This document shows, piece after piece, positions 47,987 to 61,100 of a stretch of DNA of 64,000 nucleotides. A program made the position numbers and the translations under genes. Position 1 is the first letter of the stretch, and each line of letters begins with the position of its first letter. Location: contig NC_086109.1 in assembly GCF_963921235.1 (NCBI RefSeq), forward strand, positions 30,630,001-30,694,000. Direction: 5' to 3'. Below the pieces are notes generated by a model that was given only the letters and a program-made list of their open reading frames with translations, made no database searches and was not told the origin of the DNA. The stretch is from Mobula hypostoma. Lineage: Eukaryota.

Positions 47987-50900
47987 ACAATGCGGAGGTC
48001 TGTAGCAACCGGTGTCACACAAGAAGGAAAGTGTGCCCCCGGGTACCTAAGCAGAGAGAGTCATTGGGAAAACTTAGAGGAAACCCAGTGAGGCAACGGC
48101 CTGCTGTCTTTGAGGGAACACGTTCCCAGCAATGTACCAAGGAATTCCCAAAAGCCAAAGACCCTATTCCTGAAGGCTTAGTGGGACCATGCTCCAGCGG
48201 GTCACTACGAATACAGGGTATTTATGCTAAAGTCATACTCGACACAGGGGTGCAGGTTACTTTGTTGTACCGATTATTTTACAGCCGGTATCTGAAGCAT
48301 TTACCTTTGACCCCATTCAGGGCACTGGAGATCTGGGGTCTCAGTGCCAGTGATTATCCCTACGATGGTTATTTGTTAGTGAAGCTGGAGTTCTTGGAGG
48401 ACGATGTGAGAGTGTCTGAGGTCCTTGATAAATTAGTGCTGGTTTGTCTCGACCCGGTTGAGAAGGGTGTCATGTCAATGCTGGTGGGGACCAACACCCT
48501 TCTTGTGAGGAGTCTCATGGGGGCCTGCAAGGAGAAGGCAGGCGAGAGCTTTCTCGGATCATTGTCCGTGCATCCGGTGTTTAGAGCCGCTTTTGAGGAA
48601 GTGTGTTGCTGCATTGGGCCAGATACCGAATTTAGACAAGGGACTGTGTTGTTCACCCAGTCGAAGCAAATGGTGGTACGGCCTGGGGAAGTAGCAAGAG
48701 TGATGGGGACCCCCAAATTTCCTGGAGTGCCTGAGTGCAAGGCCCTCTTAGCGGATGCTCTGGAAGACCACGAGGGGGAGTCGGGATTTCCTGTAGGGTT
48801 TCTGGTGAGGCCTAAACTGCAGAAGCCCTCAGTTATACAGGCGAGCAGGATGGCAGTGATTGTCAGGAACACTATGAAGAGGGAGGTCACCTTCAAGCGG
48901 GAGATGCCCCTGGTAACAGTGATGACTAGTGTCCCTGTCAGACAAGCCGGGGAGAAACTATTGATAAAAAAGGAGAAAGTTGACTGCTGAGTCATTCAAC
49001 TTCGGGGACTCGCCGGTGCCTGCAGGTTGGAAGAGGAGGTTGCTAGAGAAGATGTTGAAGCTGGAAGGTATCTTTTCCACTGATGAGTTTGATGTGGGTT
49101 GTTCCAAGAGCACTCGTCACACCATCCGGGTGACCGAGGATACTTCGTTTAGAGAGAGGTCACGGAGACTGGCCCTCGCAGATGTGGAAGACATTCGGCA
49201 GCATTTGTGTAAGTTGAAGGAAACTGGGATCATCACTGAGTCCCAAAGCCCCTGTGTGTCCCCAATAGTAGTGGCCCAAAAGAAGAATGGGAAGATACGA
49301 ATGTGTGTGCACTATAGGACTCTGAACAGGTGTACCATCCTTGGCCAGTATACAGTCCCGAGAACTGAAGATGCACTGGCCTGCTCTGAGTGATCGAAGT
49401 GGTTCAGTGTGCTGGATTTGAGGAGTGGATATTACTGTATCAGATCCCTACGAGTGAGGCTGACAAATAGAAGAGGACATTTATATGTCCCTTGGGATTC
49501 CTCCAGTTCGAAATGATGCCCCAGGGCATATTGGGAGCCCCTACAACCTTCTAGCAGGTCATGGAGAAGATGGTGGGGGATATGAACTTGCTTGAGGTAT
49601 TGGTGTATCTGGATGACCTCATAGTGTTTGGATCCACCCTGGAGGAACATGAAGTGAAGCTACTGAAAGTGCTCAGCCACCTGAAAGCTGAAGGGTTAAA
49701 ACTTTCCTTGGACAAGTGCTAGTTCTGCAAAACGTCTGTTAGCTATGTTGGGAACATAGTCTCACAGAATTAATAGTAGCTACAGATCCAGCTAAGATAG
49801 AGGCAGTGACCACTTGGCCAAGACCCCAGACTGTGAGCAGTCTACGCTCATTCCCCGGGTTCTGTAGCTACTATCGGAGGTTCGTGAAGAGCTATGCAAA
49901 ATTAAGTCACCCATTGAACCAGCTTCTGTGTGGTTTCCCTCCCTTGGGGAAGAAAGGGAGGGGGATAAAAGGACAGGAGGGTCGAGAGTATCTTAGCCCG
50001 TCGGAACCTTTTTGGACCGAAATGGGCTATAAAATGTGAAGAGGCCTTTCAGTCGTTGAAGGAGCTGCTGACCCAGGTGTGGTGCTGGCTTTTGCAGACC
50101 CTCGATTGCTGTGTGTACTGCGCACAGATGCCAGCTGAGAGGGTTTAGGGGGCATCCTGTATCAGGATCAGTGTATCGGGTTGAGACCCATTGCGTTTGT
50201 CAGCCGGAGTCTGTCACCATCTGAGAAAAACTATCCCACACACAAGTTGGAATTTCCGGTATTGAAATAGGCTGTGGTGGATAAGCTGAGTGAGGGCCAA
50301 ATTTGAGATGAGGATGGACGACAACCCCCTAACTTATATCTTGACCTCAGCGAAACTGGATGCCACAGGCCATCGGTGGCTGGCAGCGTTGTCTGCCTAT
50401 GATTTCAGCCTGAAGTACTGGCCAGGAAGCCGGAAGATTGATATTGATGCTTTGTTCTGATGGGTACATGAATGAATGGACAGGGATGAGGAGTGGGAGA
50501 GCGTTCCTGACCAGGGGGTGAAGGCCATGTGTCAGTTTTCCATCACTGTGAAGGCAGAGGAAAAGGAGGGGCAGGGTCAAGTGGTGGATCAATTGGGAGA
50601 TTCTGATGACACCATCCCCCAAGTTTACTGTAACCTGACTGCTCTGAAGACTAATCAGCTGCCAGAATTGAGTTCTGAGGAAGTGGCAGCTGCTTAGCGA
50701 AATGATCTGGGTATCGGTACCATTTGGTCAGCGGTCGGAAAGGGAAATGTGGCTCAGGCAGAGAAGATGAAGCACGCTGCAGTGCCTCCATTACTACGAG
50801 AATGGCCCCGGTTGGAGTTGCAGAACCAGATCTTATACCAGATCACGTCACCCCCCGGATCGACCTCAGCAGTGCCAGCTGGTCCTCCTGGAGAAGTATT

Positions 50901-51083
50901 GAAAGATTGCGTTGAAGTCGCTTCATGATCATTCTGGACATTTGGTGGTGGAAAAGACCTGTGGATTGCTCAGAGATAGGTTTTACTAGCCCCTGATGAA
51001 GTCGGAGGTCAAAGAATACTGCAAGTCATGCATTCGAAGCATACGGCAGAAGACACTGCCTACGTGGACAGCTCCCTTGTCCT
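47983..51083 (+). pseudogene. pol: Gypsy pol (PR-RT-RH and start of integrase), multiple stops and frameshifts
   Basis: ILDTGVQVTLL; SPIVVAQKKNGKIRMCVHYRTLN; MPQGI; YLDD; TDAS; EKNYPTHKLEF; H..SGH zinc-finger. Confidence 0.88.
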
Positions 51084-53730
51084 AGATGTGGAATCGATAT
51101 GGGTAGAGCTGCGTAACACTAAGGGGCAGAAGACGCTGGTGGGAGTTGTGTACAGGCCACCTAACGGTAGTAGTGAGGTCGGAGACGGTATTAAACAGGA
51201 AATTAGAAATGTGTGCAATAAAGGAACAGAAGTTATAATGGGTGACTTCAATCTACATGTAGACTGGGTGAACCAAATTGGTAAAGGTGCTGAGGAAGAG
51301 GATTTCTTGGAATGTATGCGGGATGGTTTTTTGAACCAACATGTCGAGGAACCAACCAGAGAGCAGGCTATTCTGGACTGGGTTTTGAGTAATGAGGAAG
51401 GGTTAATTAGCAATCTTGTCATGAGAGGCCCCTTGGGTAAGAGTGACCATAATATGGTGGAATTCTTCATTAAGATGGAGAGTGACATAGTTAATTCAGA
51501 AACAAAAGTTCTGACCTTAAAGAGGGGTAACTTTGAAGGTATGAGACGTGAATTAGCTAAGATAGACTGGCAAATGACACTTAAAGGATTGACGGTGGAT
51601 ATGCAATGGCAAGCATTTAAAGGTTGCATGGATGAACTACAACAATTGTTCATCCCAGTTTGGCAAAAGAATAAATCAAGGAAGGTAGTGCACCCGTGGC
51701 TGACAAGAGAAATTAGGGATAGTATCAATTCCAAAGAAGAAGCATACAAATTAGCCAGAGAAAGTGGCTCACCTGAGGACTGGGAGAAATTCAGAGTTCA
51801 GCAGAGGAGGACAAAGGGCTTAATTAGGAAGGGGAAAAAAGATTATGAGAGAAAACTGGCAGGGTACATAAAAACGGACTGTAAAAGCTTTTATAGATAT
51901 GTAAAAAGGAAAAGACTGGTAAAGACAAATGTAGGTCCCCTGCAGACAGAAACAGGTGAATTGATTATGGGGAGCAAGGACATGGCAGACCAATTGAATA
52001 ATTACTTTGGTTCTGTCTTCACTAAGGAGGAAATAAATAATCTCCCAGAAATAGTAAGGGACAGAGGGTCCAGTGAGATGGAGGAACTGAGCGAAATACA
52101 TGTTAGTAGGTAAGTGGTGTTAGGTAAATTGAAGGGATTGAAGGCAGATAAATCCCCAGGGCCAGATGGTCTTCATCCTAGAGTGCTTAAGGAAGTAGCC
52201 CAAGAAATAGTGGATGCATTAGTGATAATTTTTCAAAACTCGTTAGATTCTGGACTAGTTCCTGAGGATTGGAGGGTGGCTAATGTAACCCCACTTTTTA
52301 AAAAAGGAGGGAGAGAGAAACCAGGGAATTATAGACCGGTTAGCCTAACGTCGGTGATGGGGAAACTGCTGAAGTCAGTTATCAAGGATGTGATAACAGC
52401 ACATTTGGAAAGCGGTGAAATGATCGGACAAAGTCAGCATGGATTTGTGAAAGGAAAATCATGTCTGACGAATCTCATAGAATTTTTTGAGGATGTAACT
52501 AGTAGAGTGGATAGGAGAGAACCAGTGGATGTGGTATATTTGGATTTTCAAAAGGCTTTTGACAAGGTCCCACACAGGAGATTAGTGTGCAAACTTAAAG
52601 CACACGGTATTGGGGGTAAGGTATTGGTGTGGGTGGAGAATTGGTTAGCAGACAGGAAGCAAAGAGTGGGAATAAACGGGACCTTTTCAGAATGGCAGGC
52701 GGTGACTAGTAGGGTACCGCAAGGCTCAGTGCTGGGACCCCAGTTGTTTACAATATATATTAATGACTTGGATGAGGGAATTAAATGCAGCATCTCCAAG
52801 TTTGTGGATGACACGAAGCTGGGTGGCAGTGTTAGCAGTGAGGAGAATGCTAAGAGGATGCAGGGTGACTTGGATAGGTTGGGTGAGTGGGCAAATTCAT
52901 GGCAGATGCAATTTAATGTGGATAAATGTGAAGTTATCCACTTTGGTGGCAAAAATAGGAAAACAGATTATTATCTGAATGGTGGCCGATTAGGAAAAGG
53001 GGAGGTGCAACGAGACCTGGGTGTCATTATATACCAGTCATTGAAAGTGGGCATGCAGGTACAGCAGGCGGTGAAAAAGGCGAATGGTATGCTGGCATTT
53101 ATAGCGAGAGGATTCGAGTACAGGAGCAGGGAGGTACTACTGCAGTTGTACAAGGCCTTGGTGAGACCACACCTAGAGTATTGTGTGCAGTTTTGGTCCC
53201 CTAATCTGAGGAAAGACATCTTTGCCATAGAGGGAGTACAAAGAAGGTTCACCAGATTGATTCCTGGGATGGCAGGACTTTCATATGAAGAAAGACTGGA
53301 TGAACTGGGCTTGTACTCGTTGGAATTTAGAAGATTGAGGGGGGATCTGATTGAAACGTATAAGATCCTAAAGGGATTGGACAGGCTAGATGCAGGAAGA
53401 TTGTTCCCGATGTTGGGGAAGTCCAGAACGAGGGGTCACAGTTTGAGGATAGAGGGGAAGCCTTTTAGGACCGAGATTAGGAAAAACTTCTTCACACAGA
53501 GAGTGGTGAATCTGTGGAATTCTCTGCCACAGGAAACTGTTGAGGCCAGTTCATTGGCTATATTTAAGAGGGAGTTAGCTATGGCCCTTGTGGCTACGGG
53601 TGTCAGGGGGTATGGAGGGAAGGCTGGGGCGGGGTTCTGAGTTGGATGATCAGCCATGATCATAATAAATGGCGGTGCAGGCTCGAAGGGCCGAATGGCC
53701 TACTCCTGCACCTATTTTCTATGTTTCTAT
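51084..53730 (+). mobile_element. Young 5'-truncated CR1 LINE, copy B, inserted in the Gypsy integrase
   Basis: Nearly identical to 6032-8586; one in-frame TAA at 52111; the integrase reads APLS|LQSAGPLDLVCMDF across the insertion. Confidence 0.95.
52114..53640 (+). pseudogene. CR1 ORF2 RT and C-terminus (508 aa), separated from the APE part by one stop
   Basis: ORFs 51028-52113 and 52114-53640 are in the same frame; FADD reads FVDD. Confidence 0.85.
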
Positions 53731-53960
53731 TTGCAAAGTGCAGGGCCTCTGGATCTGGTGTGTATGGATTTCCTGTCAATAGAACCCGATGTCAGCAACA
53801 CGCCGAATGTCTTAGTCATCATGGACCACAACACCAGATATGCACAGGTTTTTCCTACCAAGGACAAGAGGGCGCCTACAGTGGCCAAAGTGTTATGGGA
53901 GAAGTACTTCATCTATTATGGCCTTCCCAGATGGATACATAGTGATCGGGGACGGGATTT
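53731..53960 (+). pseudogene. Gypsy integrase core fragment
   Basis: LQSAGPLDLVCMDFLSIEPD...LVIMDHNTRYAQVFPTKD...YGLPRWIHSDRGRDF. Confidence 0.85.
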
Positions 53961-54393
53961 TTTTCTCAGTTTGGCTGGGCCAGAGGCTGCCTTCCCCTAG
54001 ACAGACGCGTGCAGGCTGAACGGGGGGGTTACATTTAGATATGGGGTACATCAGAGAATAGAATACTCTAGGATAATTTGACACTCCTGTCTTACACCAA
54101 TTCCAGATCCAGTGTACTTTACTGAAATTGTAATGGTTGCTGGAAACATTCTTTCTTCACCTGTATTAAACAGGGTTCTTTCTCACAAATATAACGCTTA
54201 GAGCATGTGTGTCAGACAATTTTTCTCTGAAATGTGCCCTCACACAAAACTGGTACAGGTTCCCCAAACTTCTAATTCTGTACAGCAGATGCTTTATCAC
54301 TTGTGTTACAGAAAGAAAGGATGGATTTGGGGAAACGAAGAGGGAGCTGAGGAATGTTGTTGAAAATCGTGCCATGTTTGTGTCTGTTACAGG

Positions 54394-54965
54394 TGTAGCG
54401 ACTATGCCCCACTTGACCCCCGTTCATCTAGGGTAAACTGGCGTTGACCCTGCCAACTCTGTAATCGCGTTGGTGTGGATACTGTGTTATTGCAGCCCGC
54501 GAGATAAGATATCAGAAGGTACACAATAGACAAGTAAATGATTACATTTTATAATTATTTCTCGGTGATGGGTTAGTAGAAACAAATAAAATAAAGGCGC
54601 CAAATCAATAAATTTTATCAGTTCTGTGCACAATAATTCGTTGGAGCTCACGAAATTCGGTATCTGTTCCTCCCCTCAACCTTCGGCTGGGATCACTTCC
54701 GGTGATCTACGAGAGCGCTCAACTCACATCCGACCTCTTCTCTTCTCCTCAAGCAAAGCCCATGCTCCTCCTCCAGTTCCAGCAGATACAGATAGAATAA
54801 CATGACTTCCATTGGCTAGCAAATGAATACAAGTCCTGTTATCACTAATTATAACCCAAACATGCTGCTACAGAGAACCCCTTACTCAGCAGTTAACAGT
54901 ACAGCAAACCCATTTTGTCAGCCTTAACAATTAACATTACGATGAGTATTACTGAGAACCCTACA
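54394..54965 (-). mobile_element. Solo LTR (Gypsy-type) with 4-bp TSD
   Basis: TGTAG...CTACA termini; CAGG on both sides (54390-54393, 54966-54969); minus strand shares TTCTCTGTAGCAGCA(A)TGTTTGGGTT with the LTR at 46250. Confidence 0.85.
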
Positions 54966-55454
54966 CAGGTTTTGAGGACATTCTTAGATATTTTTCCAGG
55001 ATATAATATCCAAAGACACGGTTATGAGGTGAAGAGGTGAGGACAGGTTTGAATCAATTAATCAACTAAGCTAGCATATACATTGATGGGCCGAGTGATC
55101 TTTGCTACAATAATTATTTGATTCTCTTATACATCCAGATGAGCTCTTCCTCACCAGATAGCAGGAAATATATTGTTGCTTGTGGTTGAACCAAAACCTT
55201 TGTTACTGTAATTAGTTGGCTGAATTTACAATGAGCCTTCTTCTGTCTTTCACATTAGCTTTCTGATAGCAGAAGAATAAACATTTGTATTTTAATCTAT
55301 AAATTACAAACAGATTTAGTAATGAGAAGTGTAAAATCATTTTGACAGGTTTCGCTTGAATACTGGAGTTCTGAACTTCTGGTAGGTGTCTGTGAATCAA
55401 CTGACAGATTCAAGGCATGGTGAGGGAGACAGAATTTACAATTTTATATGCCTT

Positions 55455-55850
55455 AAGAACATAAGGCATAAGAGCAGAATTAGGCCACTGAGCCTATGAA
55501 GTCTGCTTCATCATTCCATCATGGGTGATGTATTACCCCTCTCAATCCCACTCCTCGGTGCCTTCTCTCTGTAAATGTTGATGCCAGACAATCAACAACC
55601 TGTCAACCTCCGTTTTAAATATGCTCAACGGACTTGGCCTCCACAGCTGTCTTTGCAATGTATTCCACAGATTCTCCACCCTCTGCTCTAAATGCACGTC
55701 CCTCTATTCTGAGGCTGTGCCCTCTGGTCTTAGACTCACCCACTATAAGAAATATCCTCTCCACACCCACTCTATCTCGGCCTTTCAATATTCAATAGGC
55801 TTCAATGAAATTCTCCATCCCCACCCTCGCCATTCTTCTAAACTCCAGAA
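55455..55850 (-). mobile_element. CR1 3' fragment
   Basis: Reverse-complement CR1 tail (AGAACATAAG...GCAGAATTAGGCC) and C-terminal coding remnants. Confidence 0.7.
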
Positions 55851-56660
55851 ATCGTTTAAGATTCAAGATTGTTTAATCTTATTTCCAGTACACAGTGTAA
55901 AGAAGAGCAAAATCATTGTTACCCCGGATCCAATGTAAAACACAAAAAGAAACACAACATGATAAAGAACACAACGATAAAAAAAACAATCAAAATTAAC
56001 ACATGGCTTACATACATAGATTGATTATATGTCCATAAAGTGATGCAAGGCACAGGATTGTCTGTATATAAGGTGACTCCGATAGGAAATGATATGTAGG
56101 GGTAGTGTGGCGTGTGGGGGGGGGGTGGGTTAGTGGGTGGAGGAGTTGCTCAGCCTTGTGGTGGTGGTGGTTGGCATCTGTCTGTTTCAAAGGAAAATGA
56201 GTGATGATGATCATCATCACAAGCCTGGGCAGAAGGTATGGAGATCCTGAGATCCCCCTTTCGGCCTCACCCGTGTAGTCCAAAACAAAGCTTATGAACC
56301 AATACGTTTGGCACCAGCTCGGCTGCAGGCTCAGCCTGACTGCCCAGAGAAAGTAACTGTTTTTGAGTCTGATAGTCCTGGTGTGGATGCTAGGTAGCCT
56401 CCTCCCTGATGTGAGTGGACTGTTTGTCCCAAGAACGGGGAGGGTAGGATCTTTCATGATGTAACTGGCCTATTTTCTGGCACCTTTCTATATTCAAGTC
56501 CTTGATGGTGGATAGATTTGTGCTAGTGATGCATTGGGCAGTTTTGACTGCCATATGTAGAGCCTTCCTGTCCGCCGCAGTGATGTTCTGTACCATGCAG
56601 TGATGCAGCATGTTAGGATTCCTCTACTGCAAATTTGTAGATGGACATAAGTATGGATGT
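55851..56660 (-). mobile_element. Rex1/Babar-like 3' fragment with a short RTE-tail insertion at about 56160-56340
   Basis: ADRKALHMAVKTAQCI; SGRRLPSIHTRTIRLKNSYF; insert begins (TGG)n TTGGCATCTGTCTG. Confidence 0.7.
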
Positions 56661-58181
56661 GCACTGTCTAGTTCTCCCCTTTACTCCCGAGTACTCATCC
56701 AAAGATGTTGTCTGGCCTAGCTGCCTTACAGGGGTTGACTCCCTGCAGGGTCTTTGTCATGTCTGCTGCTGTTGCAGACAGTGGCTGCTCATCTGGGAGG
56801 GGGATAAATTTCATGTCTGGTGTTGTGTTGCATGTCTCAAAGCATGCATTAATTTGTTTAGAGCATCAGGGAGGGAGGTATCGCTGGTACAACTGACACT
56901 AAGCCAGAAGGCAAGTGCTTACTTCTTTTCAGAGCTATACATAACACCTAAGACAAAATCTAACTATTCAAATCTAGTAGTACTATATACTCTAAATGTC
57001 ATTACCAAGGGACTCGATAGCATATCTATTGCTTTTCTAATTACTTGTTAACAGCATGTTAACATAAAACTAAATTACAAAAAAAATGCCAGAAATCTGA
57101 AATAAAACAGAAGTACTCAAGGAGCAATCTGTGGAGAGATTTATTATTTCAGGTCATGGTATTCTGTAAGAACAGATGAAGTGAAACAAGAATATTAAGT
57201 TGCAGAAAAGTAGGAAGGATGGAAAGAAGAAAGGGGATCCCTGTAATGGAGATGACAATTATCCTGATAACAAAATGCTCTGTGGAGCCATCTGGTTAAT
57301 CACTAAAATAGATCATTTCGAGGGTGAAGGACAAACAAAAGAGCTTGCTGAAACTGTGAAAAAGAGAACACGGCAGATGCTAGAAATCTGAAACAAAAGT
57401 GAATGCTGGATATATTCAGCAAATCATTGGTAGAAAGAGAAGAACTGAGTTAAGCTGGATGATGTTACATTGGAAATGGTTATCTGAATCATTACATTTG
57501 TTCTCTCTATCTCTCACTGCCCTGCAGCTTAAAATACATGTTTTTTTTTCATTTCTCCAGTTCTGACTTAAAATGTTAACAGTTTCTTTTTCCCAGAATG
57601 CTGCTTGTCTTGAAGTGCTTATCCAGTACTTACTATTTATATTTGTTAGCACAATCATTTGTGCAATACGTACCTCTGAAGACCCTAATGTTCCTTTACT
57701 TTCTGTTTTTCTTACCAAGTAGAAAACTTCACATTTTTTTTCAAACTATATTTCATTTGCTAATTGTTTTTGTCTACTTTGCTGGGCTGGTTTCCTTTAC
57801 AGAATATTGTAACCTCTTCACAGCTTCCTTTTCTACTGAGATTTGTACAATTACTGAAAATACAGTTACTATCTTCATCTAAATCACTGATACTCTAAAC
57901 AGGTGAGCCCTAAGCATTAATCCTCATGCTATTCTGTAAGTTAAAGTTTGTCATCCCAAACTGACTTGTCCTTCAGTTAAGTAGTTTTCATTGCCAATAT
58001 ATTAGCTCTAGCTAATAAGTCCTAATTTTGGAGCCTTTTGAATAATTTATAATGGCACATTAGAAAGCCTTTTGAAAACCAAGCATTCAGCAATCTAGAA
58101 ATTTCGCTCTTAGCTATCAAGTTAGTTAAAGCCCTAAAAAATATACTAAATACACTTGCTAAACCCACAGTTTTCTTTCCG

Positions 58182-61100
58182 TAAGATCATAAGACATCGG
58201 AGCAGAATTAGGCCGTTTGGCCCATCGAGTCTACTCTGCCATTTCATCATGACTGATCCATTTCTCTCTCAGCCACGTTCTCCCCATTACCTTTCATGCC
58301 CTGACTAATCAAGAACCTATCAACCTCCGCTTTAAATGCACCCAGTGACAGGCCTCCACAGCCACCTGTGGCAATGAATTCCACAGATTTACCACTGTCT
58401 GGCTAAAGAAATTCCTCCTCATCTCTACTATAAATGGATATCCCTCTATTTTGAAGCTGAGCCCTCTGGTTCTAGACTCCCCCACCAAAGGGAACATCTT
58501 CTTCACATCCACTCCGTCTAGGCCTTTCAACATTGGATAGGTTTCAATGAGATCGCCTACTCATTCTTCTAAATTCCAGCAACTACAGGCCCAGAGTCTG
58601 CAATAGCTGCTCATATGAAAACCCTTTCATTCTCAGAATCATGCTTGTGAACCTCCTCCAAACCCTCTCCAATGTCAGCATACCTTTTCTTAAATAAGGG
58701 GCCCAAAACTAGGAACAATATTTCAAGTGAGGCCTCATCAATGCCTTATAAAGGCTCAGCGTTACATCCTTGCTTTTATATTTTAGTCCTCTTAAAATGA
58801 ATGCTAACATTGCATTTGTCTTCCTCACCAACAATTCAAACCTGCAAATTAACCTTCAGGAAATCCTGTACAAAGACTCGCAAACCTCTTTGCACCCTGG
58901 ATGTTTGAATTTTCTCTTCATTTAGAAAATAGGCTTCACTTTTATTTCTTCTTTCACAGTGCATGACCATACAATTCCGGACACTGTATTCCATCTGCCA
59001 CCTCTTTGCCATTTTACTAATCTGTCAAAGTCGTTCTGCAGCTTCTCTGCTTTCTCAGCACTACCTGCCCCTCCATCTATCTTCATATTATCTGCAATCT
59101 TGGCCACAAAGCTATCAATTTCATCATCCACATCATTGACACACTATATAAAAAGAACCAGTCTCAACACAGACCCTTGTGGAACGCCACTAGTCACCAG
59201 CTGCCAATCCAAAATGGATCCTTTTATTCTCACTCTTGGCCTCCTGCCAATTAGTTAATGCTCTGTCTATGCTGGTATGTTTCCTATAATACCCTGGACT
59301 CTTATCTTATTTAGCTGCCTTAAATGTGACACCTTGTCATGGCCTTCTGAAAATCCAAGTACACAACATCCACCAATTCTCCTTTATCTATCTTGCTTGT
59401 TATTTCTTCAAAGAATTACATAGGTTTGTCAGGCAAGATATTCCCTTAAGGAAACCATGCTGACTTTGGCCCATTGTGTCATGTGCCTCCAAATACCCCA
59501 AAACTGCATTCTTTACAATTGACTCCAACATTTTGCTAACCGGTGAGGTCAGGCTAAAGGCCAATTTATACTTGTGCGTCAAATCGATGCCGTAGGTACG
59601 GCGTAGCCACGTACCCTACGCCGTAGCCTGATGCGCACCTCCCCAAAAATGTGAATATGTGTCGTGGCAACGCAGACCGCAACAACTGTGATTGGTCCGC
59701 TTGGTAGTATCACATTTCCTCCTACGCTGCAATAGCTTCCCATTGGGCGACTGAAGGGCAGGGAAGGAACTCCGGCTGCAATGCTTTTCATAAAGCTTTA
59801 CAGACCTCTGAAATTATGGAGGACCCTGTGCTTGACACCAGTTTGTAGCTAGCTGCTACAGCTTGTTGACTTCCACCTGAAGCTAAAACTCGAATGGTGA
59901 TTGCCAGTCTCTGAGTATACCGTGCGTACACTGATGCAAAATAAATGGTTGGAGACAATGAACCAAATTGTCAAATCTACCTGCTGACATCCGAAAATAT
60001 TTGAAATGCATTTCCTCGTCCATGTCTCTCAGTGGCCAGACAAGCACAGAAAATTCACCCTCCCTCAGTTTCAGTCGCCATTGTTTGAAGTTTGAGTCTC
60101 TTCGTGTTGAGTTTCAACATGAAGAAACTCAACACAATGGCATAGAAACCCTACCACCAACTAGCGTTTTGGCAGTGAATTGCAGAGCGACGCAGATGCA
60201 CCAATGCACAAGTAGAAATGCTCACAATGGTATAGCCCATTTGCGTAGACTATGGCGTAAGCTAGTACACACAAGTATAAATCAACCTTAACTGGCCTAT
60301 AATTTCCTTTTTTCTGTCTTCCTCCTTTCTTAAAGAGTAGAGTGACATTTGCAATTTTCCAGTCCTCTGGAACCATGCCAGAATCTATTGATTCCTGAAA
60401 GATCATTAAAAATGCCTCTACAATCTCCTCAGCTACTACTTTTGTACCATCTCCCCAGTAATAGCAACTGTACTCACTTCTGCCCCTTGACACTGTCAAA
60501 CATCTGGCATACTGCTTGTGTCTTCCACAGTGAAGACTAATGCAAAATACTTATTCAGTTCGACTGCCATTTCCTTGTCTCCCATTACTAACTCTCCAGC
60601 ATAAGTTTCCAGCAGTCCAATATCTATTCTCACTTCTCTTTCACTCTTCATAATATCTGAAAAAAATCGGTATCATTTTTAATATTATTGAGGTATTTTT
60701 GGGTAGCTTTCCTTCATATTTCACCTTTTCTCCCCTTATGGTTTTTTAGTTGCCTTCTGTTGGTTTTAATAATTTAACAATTTTCTAACGTCCCACAAAT
60801 TTTTGCTGTATTATATGCCTCTTCTTTTGCTTTTATGGTGGCTTTAACTTCCCTTGTTAGTTATAGTTGTATCATTCTGTCTTTAGAATACTCCCTCGTT
60901 TTTGGGATGTGTCTATTCTGTGTCTTCCAAATTTCTCCCTGAAACTCCAGCCATTGCTGTTCAGCTATCGTCCCTGCTTGTGTCTCCGTCCAATTAACTT
61001 TGGCCAGCTCCCCTCTCATGCCTCTGTGATTCCCTTTACTGCACTGTAATACTGATACATCTGACTTTACCTTCTCCCTCTCAAATTGCAGGGTGAATAC

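Larger units (their letters stand above)
46250..54033 (+). mobile_element. Gypsy LTR retrotransposon (PNMA-like gag), degraded, with nested CR1 and a 3' deletion
   Basis: 5' LTR 46250-46821 (TGTAAC...GTTACA), PBS-Pro, gag, PR (ILDTG), RT (YLDDLIVF), RH, IN (LVCMDFL...IHSDRG); last ~75 bp of the 3' LTR at 53959-54033; flanks TTTG and TTTA. Confidence 0.9.

Noticed and set aside
51028..51083. N-terminus of the 361-aa ORF as a genuine CR1 start
   Set aside because: These codons are out-of-frame Gypsy integrase sequence upstream of the CR1 truncation point.
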